Origin: Tubiluchus corallicola
Lineage: Eukaryota; Animalia; Priapulida
Direction: 5' to 3'
Assembly (NCBI GenBank): GCA_030141605.1
Contig: JAQGDQ010000499.1
Span: 98,671 to 162,670, forward strand
Length of the DNA stretch: 64,000 nucleotides
Shown: piece by piece, positions 51,101 to 64,000 of the stretch
Numbering within the stretch: the first letter of the stretch is position 1
Layout of the letters: every line of letters begins with the position of its first letter
Made by a program: the position numbers and the translations under genes
Notes under the pieces: generated by a model
Database searches by the model: none
Seen by the model: only the letters and a program-made list of their open reading frames with translations
Told to the model about the DNA's origin: nothing

Positions 51101-54100
51101 TACTCTGCTCACCTGTTCACACTACTGCATGACGCTCTGCTCACCTGTTCACAATACTGTATGACGCTCTGCCCACCTGTTCACACTACTGCAAGATGCT
51201 CTGCTCACCTGTTCACACTACTGCAAGATGCTCTGCTCACCGGTTCACACTAATGCAAGATGCTCTGCTCACCTGTTCACACTACTGCATGACTCTCTGC
51301 TCACCTGTTCACACTACTGCATGACGCTCTGCTCACCTGTTCACACTACTGCATGACGCTCTGCTCACCTGTTCACACTACTGCATGACTCTCTGCTCAC
51401 CTGTTCACACTACTGCAAGATGCTCTGCTCACCGGTTCACACTAATGCAAGATGCTCTGCTCACATGTTCACATTACTGCAAGATGCTTCGCAAGACACA
51501 GTAAGATGTTAGACTAGAAGAAGCTACAACAGACCAGCACTAAAGGAGCCATTTGTTAGCTACGATAGAAGAACTCTTTACCATAAAGCAACGTTCACAA
51601 GTAGAGGAAAATGGTAATGGCAATGGTGACCCAGCATTTTGGCCCATATTTTCAGGCAAGCACATTGGCAGAAATTACAAAATTGCAGGAGAGTGAAAAG
51701 GTGAGTGATTAAACTGTGAGGTTTTCTCACATTCTATATTACATTGGCGAATGATGTTAAAGTTGATACTGAAGACCATTAAAGCACAATAAAACACTTT
51801 TCATAAATAAAACTTAAAAAATTCGTCAGTGAGATCAATAATGCGTTTTTTTGTGAATCAGTGGTGCACACTGGGATGGCGATGCCCTGACTGAATCATG
51901 CGACGGTGGCCGAGTGGTTAAGGTAAGGGGAACTACGGGTGCTTCTCTGTTTGCAGCCCGAGTTCGAATCTCACGACCACCTGTTTTGGCGTAAACAGTT
52001 GTTGTCTGTGTCATTCATTTGTGACGTCTCAGTGTTGCTGTATTCGTTATGAGTCGCTAATAGCCTATGGCTAATGTTATCTGTTGTCCCAACGACTATA
52101 CTAATCTAATCAACATATAACAAAATTAATGAAAATTTTAACTGGTAAATTCAGTTGCATACATTTAGGTAGTTTAGCAAAAATTGTTTACGAAAGATGA
52201 ATCGAACCGTCTGAACAAACTGCTTCCGTGAAATCTCTAAATCCAGATTCAGTGTGAACAAGCTTTCTCATTAATAATGAACGCCATTTAAACTAAATCA
52301 TATAGCAAGTCTAAACGCTAAATAAGTGTCTTTGTCCTTCTTTCCTTTTTGACGTGGCACGAATGTTTTAAATTATTAACAATTTTCTTTTTGAATTACA
52401 CAAGTCTTTCAAACAGGAAAGCGTGATGCTAAGTAATATAACTTTGTTGGGAAAGTTCCTTGGGATGTATTTTAGAATTCCCTTTTCTTCCCCTTTAATG
52501 CTGCCCGTCTCAAAACTTTTGAACTAAGGACTTAAAGTAAGGAACTTTTGGATTGCCACGTTACCATTTTCTTTCTCGTTTCTGCTGGTAAATAAACGTG
52601 AACTAAAAAGATCACAATTTTTACAAGTTAGCAGGTCCATTAAATGTGAATGTGCTTTATGAATTAGCTCTCCTAAGAACAGCCAAGCATGAGTTGCACC
52701 AGCTCTAGCAAGAGCATTAAATCATTTAAAAAAAATTGGTGTTAGTGAATAAAAAAGTAAATTGCGATAAGCAGGATACGTACATCTTTTTCCTTGTAGT
52801 TAGCTGTGGCCTCGCTACAGAAGCCAAGAATTTCTGCCTTGATAGCTTTAATATCGTTCCGCACGATGGCGCCTCTGTTTTCATGCAAATAACAACATGC
52901 ATTTCAGTTAGCACACGTGCGAAAAAATGCCTTTCGTTGTTTTATCATGTACAGCAAACGCAACGTTACACACACAATTAAAATACGATTTGTTAATCTA
53001 TTTCCTCGGTTTTCACACTCAAGTAATTAGTTGGGTTATAGGTTAATCAAAAAGCACGGATACAGGCAGGCCGGTTTGTCCCACAGGCTAATAGGCCCTG
53101 GACTGCTTATTCATTACCTATTTGGCTTCTGTTAAATACATAATTAGTGCATAATGTTCTGTACTGTAGGCTCTGCCTATATAAACTGGTTGTTTGTTTA
53201 TAAAAAATTACCACTGATGATGACAGCAGTAGCTCTGTCGAAACGTTTGACATGATTTGTTAACTATGCAAAATAAAAGTTTTAATAAAGTTTTAACTAT
53301 AAAAAGAATTACGTTTTTATTTTTCGCAGCCCATTACGGGTCGTTTCTTCAGCGAAAACACGAGCAATACGGAACACCTTGAAATGCAAGGTTACAGAAT
53401 AATCCATTGTTCCATATTGGTGTTCCATATTACTCATATTTACACTGAAGAAGCTACCTGTCATGGGCTGAGAAACACGTGTTTGTCAGCAAAAATAAAA
53501 CGCAAAATTTTGATTAGTACATCACTGTTTCCGTATATAATTCTTGTTTTATTGAAATTCCAATTAATTAAGTCACGTGACAAATTCCATTAATTAAACA
53601 AGACTTCAAGTTTATATTACATTCTTGAGTTTCATTTTTTACCTTTGAGGTCTTGGTTGGCTTGAATCCAACTTCTGAAATACCTGTCTTGCAGAACTTG
53701 GTGCTGTAGGAAATAAAAAACAGAAAATTTTGACCTTCATTAAGAATTTCGTAACGTCTTTGACACATTTTACACGGCTCACACGGCACAGTTACCAGTG
53801 GTCGATGTGGCCATCAATGGTTTCACACAAATGCTAGTGGCTTAATAAGGTATTAATGGTTTCACTCGCGTACATGACTGAAGTACTAAGGGCTGATTCA
53901 CACAGCCACTAGTTGCCTTATGCAGCTACCCAAAATCTTATATTTGATTACTTCACATAGCAGCTGCTAATTGATTTATACACTAACCAATTGCATCACA
54001 CACCTATCAACCGCTTCACACAGCTACCAACTGCTTCACACAGCCACCAATTGCATCACACACCTATCAACCGCTTCACACACCAACCAATTGCATCTCA

Positions 54101-57100
54101 CAGCTATCAACTGCTTCACACAGCTACCAGATGCTTTACACAACTACCAATTGCTTCACACAGCTACCAAATGTGTCACACAACTACCAAATGTTTCACA
54201 CAGCCACCAATTGCTCCACACAGCTATCAAATGCGTCACACAGCCACCAATTGCTTCACACAGCTATCAACTGCTTCACACAGCTACCAATAGTTTGACA
54301 CACCTACCAGATGCTTTACACAACTACCAACTAATAAATGACAATACGAAAGACTAGATGGTAAAATACTTGGAAACATATTGGAAAAAACGAGGAGCTT
54401 CGAGAAAATACACCTATAAAAAGACACGTCTCATAAGATTTGCATGAAGCTGCTGTCACTAAGATGGTAACGAATTAGATGGAGCCATTGAAAGCTGTGT
54501 AAAGCCAGTGAAAGCTGTGTAAAGGCAGTGAAAATACGTGAAACTCGTGAAATATGCATATATATTACAGTGGTTCCGTGAAATTCACATTGGTGAATAA
54601 AACGATTGATTAACTTACAGAAATTGGCGTGCGAAGTTGAGGTCTGTGATTGAGTGACGCCATTTCTTGTGACTGTAGTTGTTCTCGTGACAACAACACT
54701 TCCGGTTCCGGCAGGGAATCTTCCTAGTCTTTCTGCTATATGACCTACATCACCTGTAATGATTAATGAAAATAAAAATCGGCTGTATTATTTTGTTTTA
54801 TTTAGGGATATTCACATTTCGTATTAACAATAACTTCATATAAAATTAGACAACCGTTTGATAAAATGTTAAGGGTACCTGAAGTAGGTTTCAGAAAAAT
54901 CACCTTAAGAAATTATACTACTTTACAGCAATTTTATACGCATATCGTACTCGTGTTGAACCGAATTTTTGTTTGTTTTCATTTCAAATCTCCCGCAATA
55001 CTGTACCGACGGCGCCATTGCATGACGTCATATACGCACAACATAAATCGGGGGAAGAAAAGGAAATGTTAAATTAAGTCCCATCTATATTACGTAGAAT
55101 TTCGCTTACCTGCAGGAAAGACTTATGTTACTAGAAAAGAAAATTCTTAATTATTTAAAATGTTTTCAGCAATTGGTAAAATGTCGCTGACTCACTCTCC
55201 AGGGTGTGCCACTCACTAACCAAAAACGTATTTTTAATTTTATTGACGAGATACAGTAATTTAAAATTTTACTTAGATAGTGACGTGTGCGCTACGAATG
55301 CTCTTATTATTTTTTCAAACTTTACACAATGTTATCTCAACTTGTTTCAAATGACTTATCGTCAAAATGGCTGCGTCTAACGGTCATCGCGGGAGTTTAA
55401 ATTTACATGTTTTACAGCGTGACTGCCGATTGAAGTCCTGCATGCAAAAAGGTAGCATGTAAGTGATATAAAATTTCAAACGAATTTTTTAAGTTTTATG
55501 TAAGTGGAGGGTTTTCTTGTGCTTTAACAACATTTGCCTGACCGCGTACATATGAGTTTTAGTGCATCTGTCGCGGCAAAGACAAGTGTGAAAAACTACC
55601 ACGTTACAAATGGCTGCAGAATTCAGACAGACCACACACGCGCACGCGCGCACGCACGCACCACACGCACACACACACACACACACACGCACACGCGCAC
55701 ACGCGCACACGCACACACAGTAAGATCAGTAAGATAGCTACCATTTCTAGCACCGCAAACGGTTAAAAAAGCTAGACAACATTAATGAATTTCTTACATG
55801 CGATATACTCACTACAAATGATTAGAAATCGTGATGTAGCAGCTTAAACAGTTCTGCATGTTACCAAACAAAATTCCACAGTACAAAAAATCTTCACAAA
55901 CAATCTTACGTGTATATATGTTAAATAAAACGCGATTGTATACATGTCCTTGGGCAAATTTGGCAATTTTTTTTTTACACATTATCACTATATTATGCTA
56001 AAAATGCTTAGTTAAATTAGTTATACAAGTTACATTCAGTACAGACAGGCCTAGTTGATTAAAGGAAAACCGGATGATTGTGTAAACACGAGTTCAGAAT
56101 AAAGAATGCTCTAAAATATTGAAACTACAAAAGCTTTTTTTAAATCAAAGCTTAGATTAAATAATAATTACCTCGGATAGGCAAATTTTGTTAAACTTTT
56201 AAAGCTACGCGCGGCTCAGTGAATCTACTAAGATTGGCAAAGGCGCCTTTTTGTCATTTGCGCGTGGCTGACAAATAGAAGGCGGTATTGATCATGAACT
56301 GCAGTGTTCGTTTCTGACGTCATATGACGTAGAGCCCATTTTCGTGACATCACGCATTTAAGATGTAACACTTATTCATACGAGCTTGGCGAGTTAGGGA
56401 AGATGACTACCATTGCACAAACTGGGGTGAGTTTGTGACGTAAGCGATAGCTGTGTTCGGTTACCATTAATTAACGTTCTAAGCTAATTATTCAAATATA
56501 AGAAACAATTGCTAATTTTTACAGGTAAGAAAATGTATATTTTGGACAGTAAATTAAACTGAGATTGAGTCTAAACAATCATCCGGTTTTCTTTTAACAC
56601 TCGGAATTCCCATCCACTTTACAATTCGCTAAGAAACACAACATTCCTTCTTCTGACTTCGTGCGCGAGTTACCACACTACAAATGGTTAATTTGAGCAA
56701 TTGTACATAAACTAACATGCCACGAAAGTAAAAACACGCAAAAGACACCAACCTGGTTGCATCAGTGGTGAATAATTCACCAGGTTGTCTCCGGAATTAG
56801 AGATGGTATTAGTTTTCCTGAAATTCAGGTTATGATATTTCCCCACACCTGTACAGGTATAGACAAGAAAAGTACAGCAACTAGAAAGATTAAAATCGTA
56901 AGCTAGAGCATATTATGCATTTATACTGCAGGAGTTGACAAAGATTTTCATTACATCTTGCGTACAAACAGTTTGAGAACTTGAATACTTTACTAGTCTA
57001 TTGGACATCAGTCATTATTTTATAGTAACTTGTTTGGGCTTTCAAAACCAAATTCGAAGCTCGATTAAATTTTGCTCTTTATTTGCCAAAACACATCATT

Positions 57101-60100
57101 CCATCTAAACATAAGAAATTAGTGCCAAAAATAACAAAAAATAACAATAGCCAAAAGTCAATTTTACATAATTAAGAGTTATGCACTGCACTGCCATATT
57201 AATTAATACCTAGCTGTTATTTTAAACTAAATTTAAGTTTATTAAAGTAATTAGAGGAAATACATGCGTTATTAGCCCCAAATCATGAACAATTGTAAAC
57301 AGATACCGACAATATCTTGTAACTTATCATGACACGTCTTCACTTCACAGTAGGCCTCAGACCCTGATCAAATTGATCACGTGATTAGGCCAAAAATCAC
57401 CACAAGGTGGCCAAAGCCAACAACAAGCGAAGGCTGCCAAGCACGCCAATGCAAGATTTCCAGTACATAACTCTTTTAAGTTTTTAAATTAGGTCCGTTT
57501 GTAGGACCACCAATAAGCCAATTTTACATCACATTTTGAGCACATCAATGAAGACATGTCGTATCAATTTCGAAACTTAAGACAAATATGCCATCTCAAT
57601 GATCAAACTCATCATCTAAGAGCGACTAATTTTTATTCAGTAAAGATCCTTTAGTACGGAGGGTTCAAATTCTCATTTATGGGCTCAAAATGTGATTTAA
57701 ATTGATTTGGGGGTACTGTTAGGGATGCCCTCTAAACGTGGCTCCTTTACAAGAAAATTATGAGTGATCAATAAGTGATCTCCAATAGACTATTTTAAGG
57801 GTGATCAATGAGTGATGTCCAATAGACTATCTTAAGTGTGATTAATAAGTGATCTCCAATGGACTATCTTAAATGTGATCAATACGTGATTTCCAATAGA
57901 CTATCTTAAGAGTGATCAAAAAGTGATCACCAATAGACCAACTTAAGAGTGATCAATAAGTGATGTCCAATAGACTATCCTAAGAGTGATCGATAAGTGA
58001 TCTCCAATAGACTATCTTAAGAGTGATCAATAAGTGATCTCCAATAGACTATCAATGGATTCTAACACCCAAACCTTTTGTAAACAAGATGTAAAATAAA
58101 CCTCTGTCAACTCACAGACTAACCGTTGAAGAAAAAGAGAACAGAAACCCATTATTAGGAAAGAAGCAATTAGCATGTGCAAGAGAGATTTGATGAATTG
58201 CTGATGTAAAAAGTAGGGCAGTATTTGCCAATCTTTACCTGGGTCCACTGTCGAAAAGTTGGCCCTTGATGACGATATGGTTGTACCAGCTGGTCCCTGC
58301 TTACTTTGAGAAAGCATGGAACTGTTTGTGCAGAAGGGATTGTCACGCGCCATTTGGTCAAATCTCTTGAACTGTTCTTGTCTCCAACCCATCTAAAAAT
58401 AGTAATGCGATAATGACTCCATGACAGTTTAAACTACGGGAGTCAAGTACTACAATAAACCTTTCATAGTTTCGTTTTGCGCACGCGCAGTTGCTGTAGG
58501 TCAAAGGTTAAGTGTACCACAGCAATGCGTCTTAACTACAATCGTCACATGACATGTGGGTAAAGCAAAGCCATCTTTTGATGCATTAGTAGCGTTATTA
58601 GTTTCTTATAATTATGCATTAGTCTGTGCGTAGAGTGATTTACTAGCAGGATCTTCCTTAGCAACAAGAAAAAATGAACTAGGTAAGGTTATAGGTAGCT
58701 GTTAAAACTGTTACTATTGCATTAGCTTGGGCTGCGAGGCGTTGTCAAGTGTACACAAATGTGTTGTCTGGTACGCTTAACCTTTGACCTATTCGCGATC
58801 ATCATCAATCGCCGAAACTGTGAAGAGGCTCATTAGTCCAATTTCGACAATTGTTTTTATCGGGTGGTGCAGAAAAAATGCGGCTAAGTTTAGACTAAAA
58901 ATAACATTACATCCTAAGATGGCTCCTAATGTTATATTGCAATGCAGTAGCTTTTAGATGTAAATGTTCCGAAGTTTATAATTTTAGCCGATTTTTAAAT
59001 TGTGACGAAAAAAATTTGAATATCGTGTTGTGTTTGATATTTAATAAATGTGTAGTTTATTAAATAAAGCCTTGATAGTTTGCCATGCCCATCGTGGCTA
59101 CTTCACACACCACGCAATAAACAACAATAATCAAGTAGCTTTAACCACAACAATAAATAAACATTTATCCAAATTCTTTAACTATGAGCAACTTACTTGT
59201 GGTGAACTGTTGATAAATTGTTGCTGCGTCACGGGAAAATTATCCATCCCGTTTTGAAAGTTGTTCATATCCTGATTTGCTTGTTGAAGGAAAGCCTGCT
59301 GTCTCCTCATTGCAATCTCTCTCTTTTCTGTAACAGTGGACTTTCGTTAGTCATACCTTAGTCGTTAGTCATTAGTCACTAAATGCATTCATTGATGTGT
59401 TTCAGTACCACTGTCGTCATCGTCAATGTCAATTTTGTCATCATTACCAACACATTATGCAAAGCAGTTGTTATATCTTTTTTGCCTTTCCAGTCACATT
59501 TAGCCTACTATCAATCATCGCCATCATCAGAACCACATCAACATCGTCATATTCGTCGTTGTAATCATCATCATCATCATCATCACCGTTAACATTATTG
59601 TCATCATCTGTAATCACAACTTCATTAGTCGACATTGCTGTTGTTGTCACCTATCATGCAACCGGCAGCATCGCCATCTCCACCAATGTCATCATCCTCA
59701 TCGTCGTCGCCGTCGTCGTCGTCATCGTCAATGTCGTCATCGTCATCCTCATCATCATTATCATCATCATCATCGTCATCATTTTCGTTAATGTAAATGT
59801 ACAATTATTATACAGTATTAACTTTAAAAACAATTTGCACTATATTATACTTATATCCATCGTTGGTAGATTTACTACTACTATCATTACTATGGTAACA
59901 CCATTAACTAAAAAAAACAATGAATAAATTAATTTATTTTTACTTAATTACTTTACAATATTCTAAGATTCTCACCAATATCCCGTCTGTGTAATTCTCG
60001 TAACCTCGCTGTAAAAGATCTCCTGTCTTGCTCGTCTTCCGCTTCTTTTATCTGATTTGGAAACGATGGAAAATTCCAGAACTTATTATTACAGGCCAGT

Positions 60101-60649
60101 TCTTAGTAACACTTCAGAAGTTTCACAAATAGATGTAATTTAAAAAAAATAATTCATACCAATCATAAAACCAACGATTTTTCAAGTTAGAAAATTGGCG
60201 CCAAAATTTAACCATTTTTGGTTGGAGGTCGATGTGTCCAGTGGGCAGCTTAACTGGACGTGAACGTGGAAGGATTTTTTGTGGAGCAAAATAGTTAATT
60301 AAATTCTAAATTACGTCGGAGGCCAACTCTCATGCTCTGGCTTGGCAACTGCGCGATTCGAACCCAAGATTGCGCGGGTGCAGTCTGGAATCTAGACCAA
60401 TCACCCACCCAAACCGAAAATTCAATAAAATCAGTGATTTAGATTCCCTATTTGTTATGCAAAACATTTATTTATTTTTTCGTTTGTTAAAAATCTTAAA
60501 AATCAGCTTTTAAGTCAAGCGTTGTTTATTGTTATAAAGAAACTTACCTTGTTTTGAAGAATTTTTGCGTCTTTGATTTTGTAAATCTCATCTAAACGTT
60601 TCTGCCCCGACTCATCAGCTTCAGCAAATATCTCCCACCAAGTGAAACC
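48163..60649 (-). CDS. SMTN: Smoothelin-like actin-binding protein with C-terminal calponin-homology domain; 5' end not located
   Basis: Exons (minus): 60649-60548, 60051-59976, 59327-59197, 58392-58239, 56848-56753, 54753-54619, 53703-53643, 50160-50058 (ALLAWCQAKTRDYP), 49179-49031 ([30 protein letters not shown]), 48301-48163 ([28 protein letters not shown], stop). Phases consistent. [12 protein letters not shown] is typical of smoothelin-family CH domains. Confidence 0.85.
50205..51490. repeat. 32-bp minisatellite
   Basis: CTCTGCTCACCTGTTCACACTACTGCAAGATG units. Confidence 0.96.
51900..52110 (+). mobile_element. tRNA-derived SINE nested in a K1 element
   Basis: GGTGGCCGAGTGGTTAAGG...CGAGTTCGAATCTC head; degenerate cloverleaf; (CTAAT)n-like tail. 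Confidence 0.6.
53210..53486. ncRNA. Cluster of three degenerate Penelope-type minimal hammerhead ribozyme motifs (53210-53250 +, 53322-53356 -, 53441-53486 +)
   Basis: CTGATGA-T-GACAG..CTGTC-GAAAC-GTT; CTGAAGA-A-..CCC..GGGCTGC-GAAA; CTGAAGA-A-...GAAAC-ACGT-GTT-TGT; each followed by AATAAA. Confidence 0.6.
53980..54330. repeat. 20-bp minisatellite
   Basis: TTGCTTCACACAGCTACCAA units. Confidence 0.9.
56063..56593. mobile_element. TTAA-flanked MITE family K2; split or partial copies at 60690-60791 and about 62480-62984
   Basis: TTAA|AGGAAAACCGGATGATTG...CAATCATCCGGTTTTCTT|TTAA. Confidence 0.8.
57760..58055. repeat. 37-bp minisatellite
   Basis: GAGTGATCAATAAGTGATCTCCAATAGACTATCTTAA units. Confidence 0.93.
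58455..58835. mobile_element. Probable MITE with imperfect long TIRs
   Basis: AATAAACCTTTCATAGTTTCG vs CGAAACTGTGAAGAGGCTCATT; inner inverted pair GTAGGTCAAAGGTTAAG / CTTAACCTTTGACCTA. Confidence 0.55.
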
Positions 60650-61084
60650 CTGAAACAAAACAAAACGAGTTTTATAGAAACTAATAATCTTAAAGGAAAA
60701 CCGGATGATTGTGTAAACACGAGTTTAGAATAAAGAATGCTCTAAAATACTGAAAACTACAATAGCTTTTTTTAAATCGAAGCTTAGATTAGTAGTTAGA
60801 TAGCCAAAAAGAATGAAAATATGGTGGAAGCGTTACGCATTAAACGCATTGGGCCTCAGTTAAACAGCAAAGATGAGTATGTGTACTCTTTACTGCTCAA
60901 GTGTACTTGAGCTTGTACAACACCAACGGTGCACCGTGTTTTGTGGAATTCAGCAACAAAATGGCAGCTCCCTAATATTGACAGGTCTGTTAATACTAAC
61001 ACATTTGTTTGTTTGTTTGTGGAATGTAGCATAGTTTCATTACCAATCAAGATATGTAATCTGTAAGATAAATTGTTAAATTAT

Positions 61085-61770
61085 CTAATGTATAATGTTA
61101 GACCACATATCGTTTGGCTATCTAACTACTGAATTGGATTTCGATATTGTATATATCTATGTAATGTTATATCATATATCTTTTGGCTATCTAACTACTG
61201 AATTGGATTTCGATATTGTATATATCTATGTAATGTTATATCATATATCTTTTGGCTATCTAACTACTGAATTGCATTTCGATATTGTATATATCTATGT
61301 AATGTTATATCATATATCTTTTGGCTATCTAACTACTGAATTGCATTTCGATATTGTATATATCTATGTAATGTTATATTATATATCTTTTGGCTATCTA
61401 ACTACTGAATTGCATTTCGATATTGTATATATCTATGTAATGTTATATCATATATCTTTTGGCTATCTAACTACTGAATTGCATTTCGATATTGTATATA
61501 TCTATGTAATGTTATATTATATATCTTTTGGCTATCTAACTACTGAATTGCATTTCGATATTGTATATATCTATGTAATGTTATATCATATATCTTTTGG
61601 CTATCTAACTACTGAATTGCATTTCGATATTGTATATATCTATGTAATGTTATATCATATATCTTTTGTCTATCTAACTAATGAATTGTATTTCGATATT
61701 GTATATATCTATGTAATGTTATATCATATATCTTTTGTCTATCTAACTAATGAATTGTATTTCGATGTTG
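61085..61770. repeat. 69-bp tandem repeat, about 10 copies
   Basis: TCGATATTGTATATATCTATGTAATGTTATATCATATATCTTTTGGCTATCTAACTACTGAATTGCATT units. Confidence 0.96.
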
Positions 61771-63489
61771 TTTCTAAATTCTGATATTTCTTTGTTTTAG
61801 ATGCCTTTACAATGAACAGTTTGTTCGAAGCTGGTCGACAATAAATTGAATTTTGGTGTAGTTTTGTCATAGTTTCTTGTTTAGTATACTTTTTTACAAT
61901 GCAGAAAATTCGACAAAGTGTTACAAGGTTATGTTCCCCAAACCGTATTTTACATTCCCGGAATTATCCCGAAAATTTATTAACACCAATCTGCTTTCGG
62001 CTAGTCCTCCTTAACTATCCGCAACACTCGTCTTTACAGCTTTTAAACTGCCAACTTTTTGCAGCGCTGACGGTCGTTTACTAGAAGCCAAACAGCTGAA
62101 GCCCTCGGCGACCTCGTGACTTCAAGGCTAAACAGCAACAAGAGGAATGGCTTCACGAAAAGTTGTGAAATTGAAGAAGTGATTCATGGTCTTAAGTTAC
62201 TAAAGTAGCTGACTCACGATACCCCATGGTTAAGAAGAACATAGCAAAGATGTTACTACAGCATTAATTAGTTAGAGAAAATAGCAAAACTTTTCACATA
62301 TTTTTCCATATTTTTTTTTGTGCTGCTGTGCTGACGGTTTTCCTTTAAAGTTTCGTAACAGCTGTAGAACATTTATGTAAGTTTTTTCAATTTTAATTTA
62401 TTAATTTCACATCATAGTATATCATAGTACATAAATGTTACATACCTATATGTACATCATTGCATAATTTTAGTTCAAGTTAACTAAAATGTTGGAAACT
62501 ACAATAGCGTATTTCAAATCAAAGCTTAGATTAAATAATAATTACCTCGGATACTCAAATTTCGTTAAACTTTCAAAGTTACGCGCAGCTCAGTGAATCT
62601 ACTAAGATTGGTAACGGTGCCTTTTTGTCGCATGCACGTGGCCGACAAATAGAAGGCGTACCGTGCTAACCATGATCATGAACTGCAGTATTAGTTTCTG
62701 ACGTCATATGACGTTGAGCCCATTTTTCATGACGTCACGCGCTTAAACAGTAACACTTACGCAAACACGCTTGACTCATAAAGGAAGATGCCTGCCATTG
62801 CACAAACTGTGGTTAGTTTCTGACGTAAAAGCAATAGCTGTGTTCGGTTGCCGTTAATTAACTTTCTAAGCTAATTATTCAAATATAAGATACAATTGCT
62901 AACTTTTATACGCAAGAAAATGTATATTTTGGACAGTAAATAAAAATGAGATTGAGTCTAAACAATCGTCCGGTTTTTCTTTAATGTTTCTTAACTCCAA
63001 CAAAATGTTGACTCGTTGTTTATTACTGTTTTTATACTCGACGTAAGTAAGATACAAGTAAGAAAACGACGACGTAAGTTTTTAAGATACAAAACTGATT
63101 GCAAAATACTGAACAGAGCGTTTATGTATCTTTCACAAAAATAAGAAGTCTGGAAAAAATAAAAAAATATTCACGCGTTCACACGTCGTCACTAGTCATG
63201 TTTAAAGCCACCAGACCCATGATTTACGTAAAACCTACATTTTTACAGGAATAGCTGCAAATATGGCAATGATCATACGTCATAAAGGCTAGAATGAAAG
63301 ATCAATACATTCTGTCATTGGCAAGTAATTTGTTTGTTAGTAATACGAAGCATCTATAGATACTCTTCTTGAACTGAGTGAGGTTGTGGGTTTCTGGTAG
63401 TCAATTCCACAGGTAAGAAGCCCGGTAATTAAGAAATTACGAAAAAAAATTTTTTATGTTATCCTTGTATAGAGCGGATGGTTTTTTTG

Positions 63490-63787
63490 CATGGGGTGGG
63501 TGACAATAGATCTAGACATGGGGCGGGTGACAATAGATCTAGACATGGGGTAGGTGACAATAGATCTAGACATGGGGTGGGTGACAACAGATCTAGGCAT
63601 GGGGTGGGTGACAATAGATCTAGACATGGGGTGGGTGACAATAGATCTAGATATGGGGTGGGTGACAATAGATCTAGACATGGGGTGGGTGACAATAGAT
63701 CTAGATATGGGGTGGGTGACAATAGATCTAGATATGGGGTGGGTGACAATAGATCTATACATGGGGTGGGTGACAATAGATCTAGAT
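63490..63787. repeat. 27-bp G-rich minisatellite, about 11 copies
   Basis: GGGGTGGGTGACAATAGATCTAGACAT units. Confidence 0.96.
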
Positions 63788-64000
63788 GCAGAAGACACGG
63801 AAAGTCATGGACAATAATTTTACCACACAGAAAATAAATACATTTTAAAAATACTACTGTAATCAAAAAGATAATTTTTCCAAATTAAAAATTTTGTCAT
63901 TAAATTAACAACCAGTGCATGTAATGTTACAAAAATGACCAATAAATGTTATTAAGGCCAATGTGAATCTGGTTTTACGAATTTTAATTTTGTAACCAAG

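Noticed and set aside
53684-53703. 20-nt microexon ending at CAG|GTATTT
   Set aside because: Its phase is incompatible with the next exon; extending to the donor at 53643 restores the frame.
61095-61784. 229-aa repetitive ORF
   Set aside because: Translation of the 69-bp tandem repeat.

Overview
AT-rich, repeat-dense genomic DNA from an invertebrate animal (spliceosomal GT-AG introns; no prokaryotic features). Four protein-coding genes can be assembled by hand with consistent splice phases: (1) a calumenin/reticulocalbin (CREC) EF-hand gene on the minus strand running off the left edge, with two alternative signal-peptide exons and one GC-AG intron; (2) an intronless GT8 glucoside-xylosyltransferase-like ORF (19492-20718, -); (3) a 9-coding-exon PNT+ETS transcription factor of the ESE (ELF3/ELF5/EHF)-like type (24396-41945, +, about 443 aa); (4) a smoothelin-like CH-domain gene (48163 to at least 60649, -). 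Introns and intergenic DNA hold MITEs (pogo/Tigger-like, Harbinger-like, hAT-like, TTAA-flanked Kolobok-like), LINE 3' remnants, tRNA-derived SINE heads, three copies of a 5S-rRNA-headed SINE, and many mini- and microsatellites; most long ORFs in the ORF track are artefacts of these repeats. The best candidates for novelty are the 5S-headed SINE with a possible HDV-like ribozyme fold right after the 5S head, a cluster of Penelope-type minimal hammerhead motifs, satellites built from or around MITEs, and the dual signal-peptide exons of the calumenin gene. All gene models and RNA folds were made by eye, without database searches.
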